Source of the DNA: an uncultured Methanosarcinales archaeon
GTDB lineage: Archaea > Nanobdellota > Nanobdellia > Woesearchaeales > GW2011-AR9
DNA: 20,000 nt
Reading direction: 5' to 3'
Assembly (NCBI GenBank): GCA_964343575.1
Contig: CAYFJV010000001.1
Span: 645,019-665,018, forward strand
The notes below the pieces were generated by a model. The model worked only from the letters and a program-made list of their open reading frames with translations, searched no databases and was not told the origin of the DNA. The translations under genes were made by a program, and so were the position numbers. Positions 15,078 to 20,000 of the stretch are shown here, in pieces. Each line of letters starts with the position of its first letter. Within the stretch, counting starts at the first letter, position 1.

Positions 15078-17717
15078 ATGGCCTACGAAATCAAGAATAA
15101 CGAAATTGCTTTTGCACCTGCTGTTGAGAATATCAACCGAGGACACAGGATTTTTGGAGTGAGTGACGAGAATAGTCATGAAGTTATACCTTATCAAGAT
15201 ATGATTCTGCAAATACCTAGTGCTGGTCAGGTATGGATTAATGATGTGAGAAATGTTTGGCTTGATAGCGTTCAGGATAATTTTGAAGCTGGTGTTAGTG
15301 ATTGGGAGACTAGCGGTCAATCAGCAGTGAGTGAAGAAATTTCTATCGTTCAAGAAGGAACAAAAGCTATGAAAATGACGTGGACTCATGATGGTCTTAC
15401 TCAATTTGATAATCGAATTTTAAAGAAGTACAACACTATAGATTTCAAGTACAGGAATAAGTTAATCTTTTATTTCTATCCAGTTCTTGCTCTTCAAGAT
15501 GCATTATATATTAGATACAGGAATAATAACAGCGAGTTTACCCTAGCTCAAGTTAATCCACTTGATGTAACTGCAGGTCAATGGAATCTTATTGAGATTG
15601 ATTTGCCAGCATCTGATGTGCAAAAGAACAAGTTCCAAGAACTTATCTTTGAGTTTGATGGTTTGCAGTGGACTGGTGTAACTCATGAATTCTATTTTGA
15701 TTTAGTATCTTTCAATACTCTAATTGATGTTCCAGCAGCAGATCCTAACGATGAGAGAAAAGACATCATAGTTGTTGGTCAAGATGGAAAAACAGAGTTG
15801 ATTCAAGGGACTCCTCAAAGTCAGAACCCAGTTGAACCTCCTGACTTGCCAGCTGATAAGCACTGCTTGGCAATCGTTACAGTTCCTGCTGGAATAACAA
15901 CTTTAACAGGGGCAAATATATTCGATACAAGAGTTCCAAATACATTTGCTGTAAATGCTGACAAAACAAAAAGTGAACTTACGACAATCAAGAGCCAAAT
16001 TGTCCATCTTGCACTGAATGAAATAGAACAGAATGCATTAATGAATCTTCAAGCAGACATACCTTTCAGCAATATGATTGTTGACAAGTTTTGGGATAGA
16101 AATGGTTTGAATGATACTGTCGAAGTTGTTACTGAAGGAGAAAATTTGCACGGATGTTGGGAAGCAATTGATTTTCCAAGAGGGCAAGTGAACGTTACTG
16201 GTCTTCCTGATGTTAGTGGTAATGCTACTTTTGATTGGAAATCTAGGGCCTATTACTGGAAAGGAAAGATTGTAACTTACCTCAAATATGCTGATGAGAA
16301 TGAGATTGGTTGGGGAATGGCTACTATAAACCCAGCAACTGGAGCAAAGATTCATGCTCAAATATGGACACATGACTGGATAAATAATCAAACTGACAAC
16401 AATCCGACTGGGACAAGAACGCACACTTTCTACAAGCATGCAAGCACTACGTGGTGTGCACATCCATTAGATTGGACGCATGATGACAATTACTTATATG
16501 TTCCCGTGTATAAGTCAGCGGTAAGTCTTGGACAAACAGATGGTGTGTTTATCATGGTTTTAGATGAGGATTTGAATGTTGTAAGATGGATAACTCCTGA
16601 ATTAGCTACAACAGGATTCGTGAGATGGTACAATCTTTACAGCTTCAACTATGTGCCAAGTCTAAGAGGATTTCTTATCTACCTAGGCGGTCAAAGATTT
16701 ACAGATTGGGGCTATTACAGGCAACCTGTTCTCTTCGATAAGAACTTCAATGTGATATGGACTGGAGACTTGCTGGACACTAATTATTATCTTTATGGAG
16801 TAGGTTACATCCCAGATAACGGATTCATTTACCAAATGAAATGGAGACACCAAACAGGAAATTATCGATGTGAAGGTAGAAGATGGAAAGTTCTCATGTT
16901 AGATAATGGGGATTACATAATATCATATAGAGATCACTATCAAGGCAGTGTCCATACCAATACAAATGGGTGGCCAAGATATTGGAACAGTCATGCAATC
17001 TGTAATGACAAAGACAGAATGTGGATTCCATACAGAGATGCAGAATACAACCTACGAGTAATTTATTTCGAAGCTGGCCAGAATGATAATTGGTGGCAAA
17101 ACTATAACCTAGGAGTTGATGTCAACCAAAGAGGAATATTGATAGAAAGTAATGTCGAGGCTGCTAACACTAGCGGTCGTGCCAGATTAGGATATGCTAT
17201 CGCTTATGGTGGAAATACTTGTTTTTACAGTTACCATGACAAGACTTACAAAATAGAGGGCGGAACTGGAACACCTGGACAAGCTGTTGCAGCTGGAAGC
17301 TTCTCTGGGAGAAGAGGGGTCAGTCAAATGGGAAAAAACAGCATTGTCATGTGGGATTCCACTAATGAAGCATTCTATATTGCAGACTATGCCAATGCGC
17401 AAACAGGGAGAGAGCAGGTTGGATTTGACATAAAAACCAAAGCATTCGCAATAGAGAACGTCAAGGGAATATATGTAACAGCAAAAGTTGCAGGAAGAGG
17501 AGCTGTTGATCTACTTGATTTGATGAAGTTTGATGTATTAGACGAAGTTGACACACCAATCTTGACAAATCAGGATTTAGATACTTACATCAACATTCCA
17601 GCAATCAGTCAACCTTTGAACAACTTCAAAATAAGATTCCATTGGACTCCCGACGGAACTAAAGACATAGCAGCAGAGTTCCTTGAGTATGGGCTGTTCA
17701 TAGATAACGAGGTGTAA
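15078..17717 (+). CDS. Tail fibre/receptor-binding protein
   Basis: 879 aa with GGTGAT SD. Minor-tail motif AADPNDERKDIIVV...GTP...PPDLP...LAIVTVPAG...NIFDTR; a carbohydrate-binding-like insert; a long W/Y-rich beta region. Confidence 0.7.
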   Translation: MAYEIKNNEIAFAPAVENINRGHRIFGVSDENSHEVIPYQDMILQIPSAGQVWINDVRNVWLDSVQDNFEAGVSDWETSGQSAVSEEISIVQEGTKAMKMTWTHDGLTQFDNRILKKYNTIDFKYRNKLIFYFYPVLALQDALYIRYRNNNSEFTLAQVNPLDVTAGQWNLIEIDLPASDVQKNKFQELIFEFDGLQWTGVTHEFYFDLVSFNTLIDVPAADPNDERKDIIVVGQDGKTELIQGTPQSQNPVEPPDLPADKHCLAIVTVPAGITTLTGANIFDTRVPNTFAVNADKTKSELTTIKSQIVHLALNEIEQNALMNLQADIPFSNMIVDKFWDRNGLNDTVEVVTEGENLHGCWEAIDFPRGQVNVTGLPDVSGNATFDWKSRAYYWKGKIVTYLKYADENEIGWGMATINPATGAKIHAQIWTHDWINNQTDNNPTGTRTHTFYKHASTTWCAHPLDWTHDDNYLYVPVYKSAVSLGQTDGVFIMVLDEDLNVVRWITPELATTGFVRWYNLYSFNYVPSLRGFLIYLGGQRFTDWGYYRQPVLFDKNFNVIWTGDLLDTNYYLYGVGYIPDNGFIYQMKWRHQTGNYRCEGRRWKVLMLDNGDYIISYRDHYQGSVHTNTNGWPRYWNSHAICNDKDRMWIPYRDAEYNLRVIYFEAGQNDNWWQNYNLGVDVNQRGILIESNVEAANTSGRARLGYAIAYGGNTCFYSYHDKTYKIEGGTGTPGQAVAAGSFSGRRGVSQMGKNSIVMWDSTNEAFYIADYANAQTGREQVGFDIKTKAFAIENVKGIYVTAKVAGRGAVDLLDLMKFDVLDEVDTPILTNQDLDTYINIPAISQPLNNFKIRFHWTPDGTKDIAAEFLEYGLFIDNEV

Positions 17718-17721
17718 GAAG

Positions 17722-17874
17722 ATGAGAATCCTTAGAAGAAGGCAATCAAAACAAGAAATGCAGATGGCTATCGATAAACTTGAAGCTCTCAAAGCACAAA
17801 CAACTGTCGGATCAAACGAAGAAACATACTATCAAACTCTGATCGATAGATTCACTCAATTGATTGTGGCATGA
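17722..17874 (+). CDS. Small helical protein, 50 aa (not in ORF track; possible fibre chaperone)
   Basis: GAGGTG SD at 17709; MRILRRRQSKQEMQMAIDKLEALKAQTTVGSNEETYYQTLIDRFTQLIVA; fills the gap after the fibre gene. Confidence 0.6.
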   Translation: MRILRRRQSKQEMQMAIDKLEALKAQTTVGSNEETYYQTLIDRFTQLIVA

Positions 17875-17890
17875 ATGGAGCGACGATATC

Positions 17891-18415
17891 ATGAATGATG
17901 AAATTAAGTTTAACCAAGAGATGTTAGAGCAAGGTCAGTGGACAGAAGAGCAAAAAGCTTTCATTAAATCTACGATGGAGAAAATAGAATCAGCCTTGAA
18001 AGAAAAACACTCTGAAGTTGCTGACAACCTTAAGTTAGAATGTCACGTCCCTGAAGAAGGAGTCGGAGCAAAAATTGTTGCGTCTTATGCTATCACCGAT
18101 GACATTTATCTTGGAGAACATGCATCATCAAAGCATCTTCTTGAGGTGTTTAGAGACGAACCTAAAGGAAGCAAGAACCTGATTAAATCTTTGCTTAACA
18201 ACCATTCGATATTAGTTTATGAGAAAGTCATTGTGAGAGCGCTAGGTGAACAGCTTAACAATCTTTTGAAACAAAATGAACAGTTTGTTGTAAAGGATGA
18301 AGGAACACTCACCAAAAATGAGAGAGTCATTATTCCTTCTGCGTTTATTCCTGAAGGAAAGATTTTGGTACACCCCAACACACTTGAAAAACTCAAACAA
18401 GATATCAAAACATAG
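17891..18415 (+). CDS. Hypothetical protein with weak capsid-like segments
   Basis: ORF track 17864..18415; ATG 17891 with GGAG upstream. Short resemblances to the two capsid ORFs (see findings). Confidence 0.55.
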   Translation: MNDEIKFNQEMLEQGQWTEEQKAFIKSTMEKIESALKEKHSEVADNLKLECHVPEEGVGAKIVASYAITDDIYLGEHASSKHLLEVFRDEPKGSKNLIKSLLNNHSILVYEKVIVRALGEQLNNLLKQNEQFVVKDEGTLTKNERVIIPSAFIPEGKILVHPNTLEKLKQDIKT

Positions 18416-19345
18416 GTGCATAAATTGAAAGTTTGGCAAGCATTACACAACGGATTGAAGCACGTCTTGTTCAACAAAGAGTTAAGAGAATTGGGTGAGT
18501 TGAGGGAACAAAGGATTCTGTTGCGACAATCTGTAAAAAATGCAAATCAAAAATTAGAATCATGTAATGCTAAGACAACCGAATTGAACAAGAGCATTGA
18601 TCAGTTCAAAGTAAAACTTGCAGATTGCTCTGACAAAGAAAAAATACCCTTAGAATATCAAGGAGTTGCTGAAGAACTGAACAAAAAATATCCGCAAGTT
18701 AGCGTTACTCATGACCTTCCTATTTTGATTAAAGATGGAAACGTGGTGAATGTAAATGTCAAAGTACAAAATTTTATCGGAGAATTCTACGAGCTTCAAA
18801 ATAAAGTTAAAAGACTTGGGTTTACTTTGGAAGCATATAAGCAAAAATACTCTGAGCACGAGTGGGGAGAGTTGGTCAACAAACTGGCATTCGACATCTA
18901 CAAACATACTCGAAGATATGTTAAGTACAAGTATGATGTCAACAAGTATGGATTCAACGAGTACTGGCAATTGCCAATACTCACTCATTACTTAGGTGAA
19001 GGTGATTGCGAAGATAGTTCAAACTTATTATTGTCCTGGTTCAAAGCAGCTGGTCTTCCCGCATTTGCATTAAGAAACACTTGTGGAATGACGAAACTAG
19101 GAGGACACTCAACTGTTTACGTTTATGATTTCAAGAACGATGTGTGGAGACACATGGAAGCAACGAGCCAAACAACTCGTGGGCTGAAAAACTTCTATTC
19201 TCTTCCAAGCAAAAAGAAACCCCATCAACTTCACATAGTTGATGTATGGTGGTCTTTCAACTGGGAGAATGCATGGCATAAGTTTGAAACTGCTGGTGCT
19301 CGAAAAACAATGCCCAAGAGATTTACAATAGAAGCTGTGGCGTAA
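18416..19345 (+). CDS. Transglutaminase-like cysteine protease with N-terminal coiled coil
   Basis: YVKYKYD...EYWQLP...GEGDCEDSSNLL...GGHSTV...HMEAT gives a candidate Cys-His-Glu triad. Start is GTG 18416 or TTG 18425 (AGGTG SD). Confidence 0.8.
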   Translation: MHKLKVWQALHNGLKHVLFNKELRELGELREQRILLRQSVKNANQKLESCNAKTTELNKSIDQFKVKLADCSDKEKIPLEYQGVAEELNKKYPQVSVTHDLPILIKDGNVVNVNVKVQNFIGEFYELQNKVKRLGFTLEAYKQKYSEHEWGELVNKLAFDIYKHTRRYVKYKYDVNKYGFNEYWQLPILTHYLGEGDCEDSSNLLLSWFKAAGLPAFALRNTCGMTKLGGHSTVYVYDFKNDVWRHMEATSQTTRGLKNFYSLPSKKKPHQLHIVDVWWSFNWENAWHKFETAGARKTMPKRFTIEAVA

Positions 19346-19379
19346 TGGTTGATTGAAAAAAGAAACAAAGGTGATACTA

Positions 19380-19700
19380 ATGAATTCGCAAGAAAAACTA
19401 CAAATGATTAATGGACTTCTTAGAGAAGTCGAAGTTGAAGAAAAAACAACACTGCCAGTTTCCTGTGTGCTTGGTTCTGCTAATCAAGGAGGGAATGTTT
19501 CCTATGCTTTGAGTGGAAGATTGAATCTCCATGAGACTGCAGTCATTGGAAACTTCAATGAGGAAGAACCTGAGACTATTAAAGAAGCGGTCAGATCTGC
19601 TTACAAGGAGATGCTGAATAAACTCTCTGAGAGCCTTATTAAGCTTCAAGCAGCCGCTCCAGAAGAACTGGAAGAGGAAGATGGCAGCTCCGAAACTTAA
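19380..19700 (+). CDS. Hypothetical acidic protein
   Basis: AGGTGAT SD before ATG 19380 (track start 19353). Confidence 0.6.
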   Translation: MNSQEKLQMINGLLREVEVEEKTTLPVSCVLGSANQGGNVSYALSGRLNLHETAVIGNFNEEEPETIKEAVRSAYKEMLNKLSESLIKLQAAAPEELEEEDGSSET

Positions 19701-20000
19701 TGGCAAGCATGGCGAACTCATTACCAAGATGTATGCCAAGGTAGGTGTGCTTGGCAATGATATGGTCAACATAAAGGACTCCCAGAAGGATCTCAAGAAA
19801 GAAGTCTCCAAAATACATGAGAGCATCACAGACCTTAAAGTCAATACGAAGGGTTATGCTGAAAAACTCAAAGCAGTCAGTGTTGATCTAGATGAACACA
19901 AAGATGAGCATCGACGATTAACCAGTAGGATTCTAACTATTGTTGGTATAATTACTACAGTAATTTCTATGGCGGTTGCTGCAGTGATTGAGTTTTTCAA
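19681..20000 (+). CDS. Coiled-coil protein with C-terminal TM helix (XhlA/holin-like), runs off the window end (not in ORF track)
   Basis: Open from ATG 19681 to the window end: MAAPKLNGKHGELITK...DLKKEVSKIHESITDLK...HRRLTSRILTIVGIITTVISMAVAAVIEFF. Confidence 0.65.
   Translation, partial: MAAPKLNGKHGELITKMYAKVGVLGNDMVNIKDSQKDLKKEVSKIHESITDLKVNTKGYAEKLKAVSVDLDEHKDEHRRLTSRILTIVGIITTVISMAVAAVIEFF

Larger units (their letters stand above)
1..20000 (+). mobile_element. Structural/late module of a siphovirus-like tailed virus or provirus, probably archaeal
   Basis: Canonical capsid-neck-tube-chaperone-tape measure-Dit-hub-fibre order across the window; no sheath gene; no element boundaries visible. 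Confidence 0.9.

Noticed and set aside
15078..17874. Diversity-generating retroelement targeting the fibre
   Set aside because: No reverse transcriptase and no template/variable repeat pair differing at adenines seen in this window; it could lie elsewhere in the genome.
274..19844. Numerous minus-strand and alternate-frame ORFs in the track (e.g. 8249-8773, 8897-9658, 9659-10273, 16038-16463, 19398-19844)
   Set aside because: They overlap well-supported + strand genes, lack recognisable motifs and look like antisense shadows. Only 4050-4811 occupies its own space.
1..20000. CRISPR array, tRNA, rRNA, intron or stop-codon reassignment
   Set aside because: No regularly spaced repeats or cloverleaf-like stretch noticed, intergenic gaps are very short, and long ORFs read through intact under the standard code with all three stops used.

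Overview
The window is the virion-morphogenesis (late) region of a tailed dsDNA virus or provirus of the HK97 lineage (Caudoviricetes). It appears siphovirus-like because no sheath gene is present. An archaeal host is likely, based on GGTGA/GAGGTG Shine-Dalgarno usage, TATA-like elements and the lack of a recognisable peptidoglycan hydrolase in the window. Gene order on the + strand: major capsid protein (3' part), a second capsid paralog, possible head accessory genes, small membrane proteins, head-tail adaptor, head closure, [minus-strand AT-rich nucleotidyltransferase insertion], HK97 gp10-like protein, tail terminator, tail tube, RHH-like protein, tail chaperone with a -1 frameshift extension, 1372-aa tape measure, distal tail, hub with Trp-motif repeats, two tail-collar-like paralogs, 879-aa fibre/receptor-binding protein, then a transglutaminase-like Cys protease and a coiled-coil/TM protein. 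Most notable: tandem capsid paralogs plus a possible third capsid-like remnant; an identical 22-bp motif at identical spacing upstream of two genes 10.2 kb apart; the antisense nucleotidyltransferase; a T_TTT plus stem-loop frameshift signal; and a candidate protease-based lysis module. All product calls come from motif recognition and synteny; no database searches were run.
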